DNA of 64,000 bases, from contig NW_005434668.1 in assembly GCF_000315625.1 (NCBI RefSeq), positions 623,523 to 687,522 on the forward strand, in the 5' to 3' direction. Every line of letters starts with the position of its first letter. Within the stretch, counting starts at the first letter, position 1. This stretch comes from Guillardia theta CCMP2712 (lineage: Eukaryota; Protista; Cryptophyta). The notes under the pieces were generated by a model. That model made no database searches and was not told the DNA's origin. It worked only from the letters and a program-made list of their open reading frames with translations. This document shows, piece after piece, positions 21,720 to 34,600 of this stretch. The position numbers and the translations under genes are program-made.

Positions 21720-24700
21720 TTACTCGTGGTGGCTCCTACGCTCCTTCAGTGACTTCTTCTGCAGCTCGTGAGCATATTTCTGCATGCTCTTCCTCAGCCC
21801 CTCTCGGTCTATTCCCGGGGCATCCAGGCACATGATGGCGCGATCAAGAGTTTCCTTCATCTCCTCCTTCTTGTGATCGTTTGAGATCACGTCAACAGCC
21901 ACGAAGAGCCGCAGCAGTCTCGTGCTTGTTGGGATGCCTTTCACGGAATAGAAAGCTCTCCTGAGCGCCTCCGATGCTGGACCATACTTCTGGTACTTCT
22001 CCAAGTTGACGGCGATCTGCTCTAGGATGGAAATCTCCGTAGGGAAACTCTCGTCGAGGGACAGGCCGTACATGAGGGCTTGTCTGAAGGCGAAAAGCGC
22101 CTCGCTCATCTTGATCTCAAACTCCGGACTCTCCGCTGTGATCTCCCCAGCCTGATGCATGCAGTTAAGGGTTATCATTCCCCAGACTTCCGCGTTCCGA
22201 CTATCCAAGATCGAAGCTTGTTGTAGACAGTTTTCAACAAGAGATAAGTCTGGCATGGTCTTGTGAAAGCATGCGACGGCAAGACCCAGCCAGCATGTCG
22301 CGTACTGTCTTAGCTTACATGCCTTCTCCATGACCTTCTGTGCCTCAGCAAACTCTTTCATGGCTATGTGTAGCCGTGCCATTCGAATGTACTGAAGTAA
22401 ATCGATGTTGGGATTCCGTGAAGACAGGGACTTGTTGTAAGAGAAGAGCACGTCCTTTGCTGGAGGGACGTCGAAGTCAGACCTGTACTTGTGCCATTCC
22501 AGCTCCATGAACCAGGTGTGGCCCTTGAGTGTCAAGGCGACTGCCGCGTCTGCGCTTCCTGGACTGCTGCTGATCACAGCGTCCAGGTGTTCTCTGCTCT
22601 TGTCATACTCGCCGTTGTTGAGGTACGTCCTCCCAAGGATGAGATGCAGACTGTCGCTGCTTCTGTTCTTCTGCACTTCTTGTGCCATGGCTTGCTCTAC
22701 CAGGAGCGTCGCATTCATCTCAGCAAAGAAAGAGCCAGCTCGAAGATAAGGAGAGACCTTCGATTGCGTCATCTTCTTTTCGATTGAGTTGAGCTGCTTG
22801 TCGCATGTTCGTCTCTCTTGTTCTCTTGCTTCGATGTCATAAAAACATGCCGAGCAAGCCCAAGCCAACGCGTTGGCCCCACACTCACAGGCCTGACGGA
22901 AACTCTCTTCCGCCTTGCTCATTTCGTTCTGAAGGAAAAACAAGGAGCCGAGGGCCAAGAAGGCAAACATGTTCTTCCCGTCCACTTCAACAGCCTTGTT
23001 CAGATACTCTTTTGCTGCGTTGTAGTCCCCCGAGCGGATGGTCATCGTTCCCAGGTCATACCACAGGCTGGAGTTGTTTGAATCGGAGACCAGCCGATTC
23101 TGCAGGTGCGATTTTGCCTTGTCATAGCGAAGAAGAAGTTCGGCTTCTACCGCGAGCTCCAGCTCTTGTGTCAAGAGATCTTCACCGCTCACATCTCCTG
23201 TGAACTTGGGTTTCTCAGCTTCTAGATCGAAGAATTCCATTATAAATCGCTTCAGCTGTTCCCTCAAGAAGGCATTCAGATTTGCTATCTCATTGCTGAT
23301 GTCACCCACGCTTCCTCTGTGAAATCTTTCTTTGACCACTTGTAGCACTGAATGTTGTATCCGCTCCTTGAGGTCATGATACTTTCCCTTGCTGTTCAAT
23401 TGCGTCATGACAGTTTGCAGGGCGTTTTCGATCGACATTCTCTGCTTTCCAGTTGCTTCGATCTCACCCAAGATTTCAGATGCAGCCCATCGAAAGTCTT
23501 TGTTCAGCTGTTCGAGAGTCGTAGACGGCAAACTTTCCAAGGAATCGACTGGAGCTCTTTGCTCGAGGATCTCGCGCACTGTAGCGAGCGGAGGAGGAGG
23601 AGACTGTGGCTTTGGAACTATCGGGCGAGCACAAACGATCTCAAGCAGGAGGTAGGTTTCACTTCTGAGGTACGGGTTGGTAGCTTCACCATTGTGCAGG
23701 ATTTCTTCGGTTTCCTCCACACCTTCAGGTGGAGGAAGCTGTTGTAGCTCTTCTTCTGTCGGAACACTGAAATCAGCAGCTGGACCAACAGGGCAGCGAA
23801 TAGCAAGTGTCCGAATGTCGTTTGCCATTATGCCTGAGAGGTCAACATTGGCTAATCCCTTGTACTTGTTGGTGTAAACATAGTCTGCTCCGCTTTTCAA
23901 AACTCTCCGAATGCTTACAGGGAATCTTGCTTTCTGAATCGCATCTTTAAAGCTATCAAGAGTGGAAGGAGTCATGAAGGTTCGAAATCGGTGATTCCAA
24001 ACAACACGTATGGACTGGTCCTCTTCTTTCAGACTAATCTCTTGGAGAGTCCCTTGCAAGAATGCTTTTTCAGATTCACTTCTCACATCGGATTCATCCT
24101 GTGATGAGGGGACGCTCAAACTTCCGTTCTCTGCCGTCACTTGCACAGAACCGGATGAGGAGGGAAAGTCGTATGCAGCTTCATACCAATACTTGTGATC
24201 TTCCATCTCTTCTCCCTCCCCCACGTTCCATGTAGGCGGCAGGTTGTAGAGCCCGCGGACGTTGACTGTGATCACGTTTGTCTTGTGCTCCTCTTCAATT
24301 GAAAACACCGGCCTCGAGAGCTCCATCCGCACGTGAACCTCGCACGTCACCGGAGGCTCCGCAGACTGAGCCGCCTCTGGGGAGGTCAGAGGAAGGAGCG
24401 TGAACCATCCTTCTACTGTAGGCTTCTCCAACTCCCAGCCCTCGTCATCGAACTGCGGACGTTTCCTCCAGATAAGAGGGACCAAGGAGACTGAACAGCC
24501 TCCCTTGTAATCATCGCTCCCTACTGTGGCTGTGACGACATACAACATATCCAACGAAAGAAGGTCTGCAAGCAACTCGCGGTGGGCCTCAGAATCTTGC
24601 TGCGGGAATACATGAACGTTCTCATAAAGAGGTTTTCCTGGCGTCTTCTCTTGCAAGGAGAGCTCTCCTGACCCCTGAAGCTTCCCTTCCTTCTCTGCAT

Positions 24701-24851
24701 CCTTTAATTCATCGCCTTGGTCGTCCTGCAGCCTGTAGGTCAATGCCACTTGCTCATCAACTGCCGGAGCTGAGAGCTTGACGTCGAGGAGCTGAATACG
24801 GAGAGAGACAAGGTCTTCCTGAGCCTCAGGTGATGGCGCTTCTTCGCTCAT
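21720..24851 (-). CDS. CFAP70: Cilia- and flagella-associated protein 70 (TTC18) homolog
   Basis: Intronless ORF of about 1040 aa with N-terminal C2-like regions (TNVITVNVRGLYNLPPTW), GKYHDLKERIQHSVLQVVKERF, and C-terminal TPRs (LWYDLG..., ATCWLGLAVACF, ASILDSRNAEVWGMI). This is the CFAP70 architecture. Confidence 0.8.
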   Translation of the reverse strand: MSEEAPSPEAQEDLVSLRIQLLDVKLSAPAVDEQVALTYRLQDDQGDELKDAEKEGKLQGSGELSLQEKTPGKPLYENVHVFPQQDSEAHRELLADLLSLDMLYVVTATVGSDDYKGGCSVSLVPLIWRKRPQFDDEGWELEKPTVEGWFTLLPLTSPEAAQSAEPPVTCEVHVRMELSRPVFSIEEEHKTNVITVNVRGLYNLPPTWNVGEGEEMEDHKYWYEAAYDFPSSSGSVQVTAENGSLSVPSSQDESDVRSESEKAFLQGTLQEISLKEEDQSIRVVWNHRFRTFMTPSTLDSFKDAIQKARFPVSIRRVLKSGADYVYTNKYKGLANVDLSGIMANDIRTLAIRCPVGPAADFSVPTEEELQQLPPPEGVEETEEILHNGEATNPYLRSETYLLLEIVCARPIVPKPQSPPPPLATVREILEQRAPVDSLESLPSTTLEQLNKDFRWAASEILGEIEATGKQRMSIENALQTVMTQLNSKGKYHDLKERIQHSVLQVVKERFHRGSVGDISNEIANLNAFLREQLKRFIMEFFDLEAEKPKFTGDVSGEDLLTQELELAVEAELLLRYDKAKSHLQNRLVSDSNNSSLWYDLGTMTIRSGDYNAAKEYLNKAVEVDGKNMFAFLALGSLFFLQNEMSKAEESFRQACECGANALAWACSACFYDIEAREQERRTCDKQLNSIEKKMTQSKVSPYLRAGSFFAEMNATLLVEQAMAQEVQKNRSSDSLHLILGRTYLNNGEYDKSREHLDAVISSSPGSADAAVALTLKGHTWFMELEWHKYRSDFDVPPAKDVLFSYNKSLSSRNPNIDLLQYIRMARLHIAMKEFAEAQKVMEKACKLRQYATCWLGLAVACFHKTMPDLSLVENCLQQASILDSRNAEVWGMITLNCMHQAGEITAESPEFEIKMSEALFAFRQALMYGLSLDESFPTEISILEQIAVNLEKYQKYGPASEALRRAFYSVKGIPTSTRLLRLFVAVDVISNDHKKEEMKETLDRAIMCLDAPGIDREGLRKSMQKYAHELQKKSLKERRSHHE

Positions 24852-24970
24852 CCCTGGCTGTACCTGGGGTTGGGGGATCAAAGCGGTTACTACAGCTTCT
24901 TCGCACAGCCTGCGCTACGATCAAAAGATACATCATTCTACTGTTTATGAAGCATTGTTAACTACCTGAA

Positions 24971-25195
24971 CCCTCCCTCCCTCCCTCTCCCTCCCTCGCT
25001 CCCTCTCCCTCGCTCCCTCTCTCTCCCGCCCTCTCCCTCCCCTCTCCTTCCCTTCCCTCTCCCTCCCTCTCCCTCCCTCTCCCTCCCTCTCCCTCAGGGC
25101 CTCTCCCTCCCTCGCTCCCCGTGTCCCTCCCTCTTTCTCTGTCCTCTCCCTCTCCCTCCCGCCGCCCCCGCCCTGTACACGCCCCCTCTCTCTCA
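24971..25195. repeat. CT-rich (CCCT/CTCT) low-complexity microsatellite
   Basis: Directly visible polypyrimidine tract upstream of CFAP70. Confidence 0.85.
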
Positions 25196-25583
25196 TGCAA
25201 CATCAGACTGAAGCTTTGAACTGTGTTTGAAAATTTGGATCTAGAGAGGTTCATTTTCCTCGTGTTCAAACCTTTGATCAATCCTGGTGAGATGCTTTCC
25301 TACTTGTCACACTTTCTACATGAAGCCTCACTCCTCTTCCATCATCGTGGTTCCCATTGCCGCTACCAATGCTGCCTCCTACTCCCTTCCTCCGAGGCTT
25401 TCCTTCCCTCACCACTTCGGTTGCTACAAGTTCGCCCGCTTCTTTCTTCTCAGCCGGGCTGGCCTCGGTGTCTTTCTTTTAGCAGATGACAAAGGCAGCG
25501 ATTCTTCAAGGCTTGTTCAAGTTCGATGTCCCCTCGCTCCCTTTAGAAGCGGATTCTAATAAGAACTGTCGACGCAAAAAATT

Positions 25584-25655
25584 TGCGATCGCCGGGACTC
25601 GAACCCGGGCCACCAGCTTGGAAGGCTGATGTGCTGACCACTACACTACGAACGC
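25584..25655 (-). tRNA. tRNA-Gly (anticodon TCC)
   Basis: Reverse complement is GCGTTCGTAGTGTAGTGGTCAGCACATCAGCCTTCCAAGCTGGTGGCCCGGGTTCGAGTCCCGGCGATCGCA. It folds as a cloverleaf with A and B boxes, one U-U mismatch in the acceptor stem, no encoded CCA, and a downstream T6 Pol III terminator. Confidence 0.95.
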
Positions 25656-26447
25656 GCATGAGGACAGGTATTGTATCTAGGCGTAGAGATATCCTTGAGG
25701 TCGTCAGGACTGAAAAGTCAATATTTTGAGGCAGAAAACTTTAATGTCGAGGTTTTCCTCTGAAACTCTACGTTTGAGAGGTTTCGATTCTTGGGGATAA
25801 GAGGGGGTACAGGACCCTATTGTTTGGGGAGAGGGGTGGGTAGCCTGTGGTGTAGGGGTATTGATTAAATCATTACGTATTTCTTATCCCTCAGGTGGGT
25901 ACTTACATGGAAAAGAGGGGGTGAGGAGGTGTAGGGGTGATACACTCAGGGTGGGTCATGGAGGCGCAAGAAAGGGGAGCTGAGGGGCGAGGTATCATGG
26001 CGGGAGAGCGGAGAAACAGGGTGGAAACGACCAGAAGACGGAGGAAGGCGATCAGGACGAGGAAGGAGGTCGAGGAAGGAGGGACCAGGAAGATGTCAGA
26101 TAAAGAGGAAGGAAGATGAAGATAATGCAGAAAGACGGAAAAAACAGGTGGCAAGAAATCACGGTATCGGTGGGATAGAGATGCATCCATTGATGGAGGT
26201 AGGATGGCACGAACATTTTAGATAATGAGCAAAAAATCGTTTTCATCTGCAATCGTGAGAAGTTAGGCAAAAAGATGCAAGCAGTTTTAGTATCAACTTC
26301 ATGTAAGCACTTCACGTCGAATATCTTTACGTTTTTTGGAGAAGATCGATTTATGTGCTCTCATGAAGACTGATGTAAAGATGGCTACCATCATTTGATC
26401 TTGTTGTGATTAGGTGTAACTTGGTGTTGGAAAAAGCAAAATCGAAA

Positions 26448-27547
26448 ATGTCGGATCGACAGGAACCTCTTAAGCAGGAAGGGGAGTATGCTTCTGACGT
26501 ACAACAGTCTAGGGGACCAGCCTTCTCTATCCAGCCTGATGATTCTGCTGAGATTCAGCAGGGGAGACCTCCTATGATGGGGGGTCCAGCAAACTTTGAC
26601 AATGATGCATATCCCTCCAAAGTGACAAGTTTTGCTTATGGTGGGTCTGCAGAGGCTTCCAACCGTACTTTTGCTGTATCAGCTTCGGGCCGAACTTTCC
26701 TGTTCAGCTTACATCAACCGATATATCGCGATATGGAAGACAAGACAGCACAAATCTTCAAGTTCTTGAACATGGTTTGTGCCCTTCTTATGATTGGTTG
26801 TGGTATCTATCGGTTCTTTGCATCCTTCAGTGGCCGTATGGTGGTGGAAAGTTGCGACAATTCCAAGCTGCAAAGGCTACAGACTAATATAAATTCCACA
26901 AAATTAGACTGCAATGCAATCAAGGACATCATTTCAATTCCTGCTGATGGATTCCAAATCTTTGTCGTATCCTGCTTCATTATTTTCTTTGGCGTCGTCA
27001 ACTTCATTGATGAAGTCCGGGGTGATTTGGTGGCTTGGATTCTCCAGTACATTGATGCTGTGAACAATATCTTTGGCAGAGGCATGTAAGTCAAGATAGC
27101 TTTGCCATAACCAATACTCACCCCAGCCTTGCAGATATCTCCTTCTGCTATCGTCAATTGTCATGACGTCTTCACATTCTTTTCTGCTCGTTTGTGGAGC
27201 TTTTGCGTAATTTGTGTCTCTTGGGAGTGTTAGATTGTTTTGACACATTTGTGCTCGGACAGGATGTCTCTTGCTTTTATCTACCTGCTGGCATGGTTTT
27301 TGAGCCGGGTGAGTTTTTCTCGACTCACTCTTCTGAGAAGTTGATCTGCATTGTTTTAGTATACTTCTCTGGGCGAAAGAGTCGGTGTGCATCACTACGA
27401 TCAGGTACTCTCAAAGCCATGAAGGCCTTGCGCTTCTTGCTTGACTTAGTCTTGCTTGACTTAATCGTTGTTTTCCAGCATTCTGGACCGTCGAGCGACT
27501 CCGAGAACAAAGAGTACTGCAATCTCAAGTTGTTTGCTTCTCCATGA
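26448..27547 (+). CDS. COPI-associated (Tvp15-like) multi-pass Golgi membrane protein
   Basis: TM segments IFKFLNMVCALLMIGCGIY and IFVVSCFIIFFGVVNF, then NNIFGRGI|YLLLLSSIV and MSLAFIYLLAWFL. GT-AG introns keep frame to TGA 27547; the GRG.xY motif is typical of this family. Confidence 0.65.
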
Positions 27548-27754
27548 CTTTGCCCTTGGCAGCAATATTTACACCGTTGCAGCTTGAGAGGCCACGATAT
27601 ATTCAAGTGTCATGATACAGGAGTTCGTTTCAATTCTTGAGGCTATGTGAATCCATGTCTATCAGCTGACAAATGCGATAAGTACGATTGTACCAAATTG
27701 AAGTAAATTGTAATCAAGCAGAAGACAGCAACATGTTTAACCAGACCGATTCCT

Positions 27755-29379
27755 TTACGGTGAAAGTTCTACATGATCCCAGCGATCAGCATCGACCCCG
27801 CTAGTGCCCTTACTCTCTTTCGATCCAAACAAGTTGGTCTTCCTTCCCTCTCTTCTCCTTCCGCCACTTCTGCTTCTGCTTCTGCTTCTGCTTCTGCTTC
27901 TGCTTCTTCAACCAACATGTCAGATCTTCTTGACATGGTCCATGCTCACAAACAGCATGAATTCGCACCTCGATCGATCCCGATCCCAAAGAGGATGGGA
28001 TGAACTAGCCGTCTCCCGCATCCTGCTCGGGCGCAAACTCTTCTTGCTGGGACTGCGACTGCGAGCTGAACGTCGATTGCTAGACGACAGGCAATAAGCT
28101 GACATGAGCAACTTCACAAGCACCCTCACCGATCCATGCTCCTGCTGCGGCTCCGCCTGCTGCGGCTTGCTGGCTCTTTCCTTGCTGTTGACCTTGAGTT
28201 CTCTGTGCCTCGGGATCTTGATCGGGAGCGGGAGCGGCGGACGCTCGGGCTGGGGCTGCGAGAAGACTCCGAGCTTGCGCTGCGGCTTCTCACCGCCCTG
28301 CCAAATTCATCGACTTTTGCGTGGCGACGGGGCTTTCTGGTTCGACGTTCACGTGCAAGGGTCGACACAGACCCCACCTCAGCCACCTTGCGCCTGAAGA
28401 CAGCGTTCTGCAGATCTGAGACGAACCGCTCTCTCCCCTCCTTGGTTTTCTTGGACCGCTTCGCCTTAGTGATCGCCCTTCTCTCGATGCGGATGGTCAG
28501 CTTCACTCCACCTATTGTTACGCCTTCGTCTTCATGGATAGCTTGCACTTTCCCGACGGGGATCCTATTGCCATCCATGAAAGTCCCGGTGTAGCTCCCG
28601 ACATCTGTGATCCACAGCCTTCCCGCCCGGTAGTCCACCTGCTCTCATTCTCACGGGAGCTAACGACGAGACAAGAAACCTTGAGGTGCGTGTCTGCGAC
28701 CTGCTCGTTGCCGGAACCCGTCAGAGCCACCTGGTCCTTGCGCTTCAGATTGCGGGAAAGAGACGAGGGAAAGAGACGAGGGAAAGAGACGAGGGAAAGA
28801 GACGAGGGAAAGAGACGAGGGAAAGAGACGAGGAAATGAGACGAGGAAATGAGACGAGGAAATGAGACGAGGAAATGAGACGAGGAAATGAGACGAGGAA
28901 ATGAGACGAGGAAATGAGACGAGGGAAAGAGACGAGCAGCCAGGTCAATGACCTCATTGTTTGGAGAAGTTCCGACATAGAAGGGCGTCTTGGAGACTTC
29001 GAACCATCTGACGGGGCCTTGACTTGCCTCAATGATGAAGATCGGCCGGAGCCCCTCCACGGCATCCTGTTCCACCGGTCTGCAGTGAAAGTCACCAGAC
29101 ATGAAGAAAGTCTTCGCCCTCCTCGTTCTCGTCCACCTGTTCAGCGCGTTGTCATCGTCACTATAGTTGGAGCCATGATCCGAAGAGCTTTAAAGCGTGT
29201 ATCAGCAAAAGCTTGTGTGAGTTCGGTATCGATGCTAACCTGCTCGAGTCACAGGAGTACTCGCCTCCTGCCGGATCCCCTATGGTGATGTACTCATCCT
29301 CTTCCTCGTCCTCTCTCTTTCCTCTTCCTCCCTTTTCCCTCACGCTCGTCTGCTCCCTTCCAGCCCCCTCTTCCTGCAT
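27755..29379 (-). CDS. FHA-domain protein with C-terminal Arg/Ser-rich domain
   Basis: Spliced model: PFYVGTSPNNE|DQVALTGSGNEQVADTHLK|VDYRAGRLWITDVGSYTGTFMDGNRIPVGKVQAIHEDEGVTIGGVKL (FHA fold), then RSRSRS tracts including the (AGAAGC)n repeat near 27868-27908. Final exon boundary uncertain. Confidence 0.7.
28754..28935. repeat. Intronic 13-bp minisatellite (GAGACGAGGGAAA / GAGACGAGGAAAT), about 14 units
   Basis: Directly visible; two unit variants arranged in blocks. Confidence 0.9.
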
Positions 29380-29664
29380 GACACCTGACCACCGCAAACC
29401 GCTACTCCTACCACCCCCTTGATCCAATAGGAAATGACCCCTGCTCTCCACCCCAAAGCGAACATGTAGCCAGATATGCCAGGACCCAACGCGATTAGTC
29501 GGAAGTGATCTAGAGGAGGAGGAAGAGGAGGAGCAGGAGGAGGAGGAGGAGGAGGAGGAGTAAAAGGGAGGAGGAGGAGGAGGAGGAAGAGAGAGATGAA
29601 AAGGAGCAGAGCAGAGAATAGATGAGGGTGACGAGTGTTAAACCTCGAAGGATTCATCACTGAG

Positions 29665-31621
29665 ATGACCGATTCTGCGCTTGATGCCTCGCTGGCAAAG
29701 AGAAAGTTGCTGGAGGACAAGCGCCGGCATGCTCGAGAGGACATTCTCAGGAATGAGTGGGGAGAAGATCTCAATCTTGTGGACGATGCCAAGACTAAAG
29801 CGAAGCAAGGAGCGAGAGGTACGCAGAAGCTGAGGCATGTTGCTTCACGACACGACAGCTCTCACTCCCTGTTTGCATGGACCATTCCTTACAGAAAGCA
29901 CAGTGGAGGTCAGGCAAGCACAGTTGCGTCCTCTGCTTCAGAACTGGACTGTGAGCTAGTGAGCAATGAAGAGGCGAGGATAACCTGCGTGTCGTTCGCT
30001 GGGCATGCTCCTGCTGTCGTACTGGGCGACGAGAACGGTTTCCTTTGCTTGTGGCGATGGATCAGAGGCAAGTGGCGAGGGGGAAAGAAGACGAGAGCGC
30101 ATGATAGTGCTGTGATGGCGTTGGACTGCGTGCTGGTTGATGTCATGCGGCCATTAACGCTCCTCTTCTCCTCCTCTCGTTCCTCCGCCGTCAAAGTTTG
30201 GAGGCTGACAGGGGAGGATGAACTGGTGATGAGTGCGTGTGTGGAGACGAGACTTTCCTCTCCGTCTCTGTGCAGAAGCTTCCTCTTGTCCAGGAGAGAA
30301 GGCGAGGAGGTGCGGGTGGTCTTGGCTGTTTCTTCCCGTGCCGGCGAGACCAAGCTCTTCCTGTCTACTGCTGCCCAAGAGGACACGTCGAATGTGGCCG
30401 ACGATTCAACGATGACGGAAAGATTGCAGGAAGGAGGAGGAGGAGGGCTGAAGTGGTGGAGGGAGATGGGAGAGTTGCAAGGACACAAGTCGAAGATTGT
30501 CTTCTTGGATATCTTCTACTTTCATCAGTATCACGACAACAAGCGCAACATCAGCAGCAGCATCAAGTACACCAGCACCGACAACAAGAGTAATAAGGGC
30601 ATCATCACCGCATCTCTCGATGGGAAAGTGAGGATCTGGTCGTTGACGGTGAGTGAAGACTCACTCCTAGAGTATCGATGGGACTGTCTGTCCTGTCTTG
30701 ACGGAATTGTCAACACGAGCATGCAACCTCAGCCGTTCTGCACGTCGGAAGTTCTTCCTGGCGTTCTTGTGGCAGGAGAAAGATCGCACGTACAAGTGTG
30801 GGGCCTGAAACTGGCGCAGGAAGGGGACAAAGGCTTAACGGTGTCGATGAAGAAGCTTGACGAGAAGCAGGAGCACGTCTCCGACGTCTCTGGTCTTGCT
30901 GCTCGGACTGACGGCTTTCTCATACTGTCGAGCGACAACCATGGCAGTGTCGTTGTGTGGATGTGGGAAAAGGAGGAGGGGGAGGAGGAGGAAGAAGAGA
31001 AGGTTCAGCTTGTGGCTGTTAGGAAGATGCAGGTTTGCTCTGGGTCAATCTCCGCCTTGAAGTTCAACCGGGTGTTGTCAATGGTGTCGAGACTCGTGCT
31101 TGTTTGTAACGACAAGCTAGTCAAGGTCTTGGACACGCGACGGGTAATGCCTTGTATGGGTGTTGCTGCCTCAAGCGTCGTTGACCTGATGGTTTGCAGG
31201 TTGTGGAGGTGAACGAACATACTCCACTATTCCTCGTCGACGTCTGGTACCCTGAGATTGAATCTTCGCGGGCTCTCAGGGCTGCAAAGAAAGATGTGAG
31301 TTATTGTGGATAAGAAAGAGGTCCTGTCGAGACATCAAGACACCAAATTCATTGCAGAGACGTACATGTTTGTCGTTGCCTTGTATCTTGTTCTAGAATT
31401 GTTGTTTGTTGTTCGCTGACTTTCATCTTGACTGTGATTGTCAGGCCCGCTACGTGCAAGGAAGATGGAATAAAGATGCTCATGTGGATGAGAAGAAAAG
31501 GTTTTACTCGATGAGAGAAAACTTTTCAATTGCACTAGATTCGGTAAGATATCGCCCTGCTCCATTGCAATTCTTGATTCGACCCTTCTGCTTTCCTTTC
31601 ACGTCATGGTCATCATCTGAA

Positions 31622-31656
<35 letters not shown>

Positions 31657-34600
31657 GAACAACACTATCTTCACTCAACATTTCTGCAGGATCTCAACCT
31701 TCTGTTTGCAACTGTTGATGTTCCTGATGGAGCTATTCGCATGTGGTACCATAACTTCAAGAAGAACAAGATCAAATACTCCCAAGATGTATGTCTCTTC
31801 TTCTTCTTCTGCTGCTGCTGCTGCTGCCGATGGTGATGGTGATGGTGATGGTGATGGTGATGGTGATGGTGATGGTGATGATAATTGAACAAGCTGTCTG
31901 TTCCTCAGTCTTCAGTCTGCTGCATGACCGTCGCCAAGACGTCGAGGAACATTTTCCTTGTGATCGGTACAATTGACGGGACAATCAAGTTGGTCGACAC
32001 GTCGTCCACGTCACCGGCGATGAACATGAGAGGAGTCAACCTGAAGAGAGCGGGGGCAGGCAGGGCACATGACGCCAAGATAACGACCCTCCAGGTAAGG
32101 GAGAGTAGAGGAAAGGAGACGAGACGAGTGGAGAGGTGGAGGGAAGGAGAGGACAGGAGAGGAGAGGAGAGGAGAAGAGAAGAGAGAAGGAGAGGAGGGG
32201 AGGGAAGGGGAGGAGAAGACGTAAGCATGGAGGTGTGTTGATACGAGCATGTGCGCAAGGCGTCACAAGATCAGCCTCTGCTTCTCTCTGCGTCTCTCGA
32301 CGGGAACATCATCCTATGGGACCTTGACAGTCAGCTGTTAAGACTTCACTTCACCTTCCACCAGGACATCCGCCTCGCCTCCTTCTCCTCCTCCTCTCTC
32401 TACTGCGCCTTTTCTTCTTCTCCTCCTGCTGACGGTGTGACGACCCTCCTAATTTTTCCAGATCTCCATCTTTCTCTTTCACCACCTCCCTCTTGAATAT
32501 CCTCTCTCTCTTTCTTTTCCTGACTCTCTCACCTCCTCCTTCCCTTCCTCTCTCACTGTCTTTCACAGAACATGTCTTGCATGTCGAGAAGATCCACGTG
32601 TACAACCTCAAGCATGGAACACAAGTAAGTGCGTCCACAACCTGTTGGTCCAGTTTCTCCACTCTCTCTCTCTCTGCTGTTCTTCTCTCACGCAGTTTCA
32701 CCTGGCAGGTTTGCTCGCCCCTAACAAGACACGCCTCTCGTGTCTCCTGCCTCTCGTTGGATCCTCGCGCTGGTCGCTCTCTCGCCTCCTGCGCTGTTGG
32801 CGATCACGCCGTCACTGTCGTGCACCTTGAGGGCATGGACGAGGATGGTCGCGACCTGCCGGACGTGCAACTGGAGGGTCACGAGCAAGACGTTACTCAG
32901 GTCACATGAAGATTCCACGATAGACAGAGATGACGTCTGAGATGATGTCTGACATGATGATGATGTCTGAGATCATGGAGGAGGAGTAGGATCCCTGGTG
33001 GACGAGGGGAGGAGAGGAGGAGGAGGAGAGGGGAGGTGTTGGAGGTGATATACGTTGCTCAGATCCTTCATGATTGCACTGGCTGCCTCTTGTTCAGCTC
33101 TAGTCTAGACGGGGATGTACGAATGTGGGACCCGCGCACGGGAGTGTGTCTAGCGGTAAAGTTTGGAGCGTTGCGAGCTCTTCTCACGTCCTGCAGGTCC
33201 TGCGGGGGAAGGGACAAGCTGTCTTTAATGTCGCACTCAGCCTTGCGAGGTTTGTTGGGGGGTTGAAGAAGCCGGGATAATGTTACGATGATGATGATGA
33301 TGATGATGACGACGACGACGACGACGACGATGATGATGATGATGATGAGGAGGAGGAGGAGGAAGGGGGGGGGCAGTGACTTTGATGATGATGGATGCAT
33401 TGACTTGTCGGTTCGCAGAGGATCTTCAACATCTTCATCGTCTCATCGGATGCTGGCTGCAGGTAAACTTCTCACCTCCTCCCTCGGGCATTTGTGAGCG
33501 TTTGCGGAGATGATAAGGGGACAAGAGGAGAGGGAGGAGGCTGAAAACATGCCAGTTGCGTCCTCCGGAGAGATCAATGTCTGGGATGTGGAGAAGAGAG
33601 CATGTTACGCTGTTTGCACGCTGAAAGATTTTTTGACGAAGCAGGTCAGTGATGTTTGGGAAGAGGGAGAGGGGAGGAGAGGCAAGTTGTGATATCAAGC
33701 AGATGGAGGGAAGGAGATCGAAGCTTTGCAACGATCTCCTCGGTCATGCTTGGTATGACGAGCACGGACAAGTTACCTCCTCTCCCCCTCACGGCTTGGA
33801 CTCTCCTACCTCCTCTGCTGTGGCCGCATGGATGCCCTACAGCCATGGTAGAAGGCTTGCTTCTCTGCTCTTGCGCGTCAGCTTGAGCGATCCGCTGGTG
33901 GAGTGGGAGCGAGGGCGGCATAGGAGGAAGTTGATGATACAGAAGAGGAAGGTGGAGCAGGAGCAGGAGCAGGCGAGGCTTCCCAAGTCAAAGCAGAAGC
34001 TGATGCGTTTCAAGGGGAGGAGGAAGGAGGAGGAGGAGGCCGCGCTGTTGGATCCTCTCTCATTGGAGCAGAGCGTGAAACAACGGCAGCAGGCGGTTGT
34101 CCACCTCCTCTCGCATCTCCGACTCTCCTCCCCTGGTCACCTGGGAGCTAAAGTCGCACTGGTTCGCCTGCTACAGGCTGAGGACGAGACGCTGCGATCG
34201 TTGGGCGCGTTGGGTCTGGGCCTGCTGGGTAACAAGACGGAGGAAGAAGAGCTGAGAAAGAGGTTCGAGCAGTGGCTCTCTGATGCGAGACGAGGGAGCG
34301 GAGGGGGAGAGGAGGAGGAGGAGGAGGAGCATGGGGGAGGGTTGGCTACTAAACAGGGGGAAGGAGATGATTCAGCTGCGAGGAGGAAAGAACAGCTGCT
34401 TGCATACTGGCAGAAATGTGACGGGGAGACGAAGAAACTTGGTGAAGAGGAAAACAAGTGCGAGGAGAGCTACAAGAAAATAATCGAGACGAGCAAGGCA
34501 AAGCACGAGATAGAAACATTGCTGTCGGACCGTGCAGATGCAGGAGGAGGAGGAAGAGGAGGAGGAGATTTTACACAGGAGAGTCTAAGGGTGGAGCAGC

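Noticed and set aside
27755-29379. Calling the FHA-RS gene SNIP1/Pml1 and pairing it with the RBMX2-like gene as a RES-complex cluster
   Set aside because: SNIP1-specific motifs are not visible, the domain order differs, and the genes are 24 kb apart.
31671-31984. Poly-His, (VM)n and (IT)n ORFs; similarly 24945-25281, 33288-33497, 47717-48073 and 58702-59063
   Set aside because: Translations of microsatellites.
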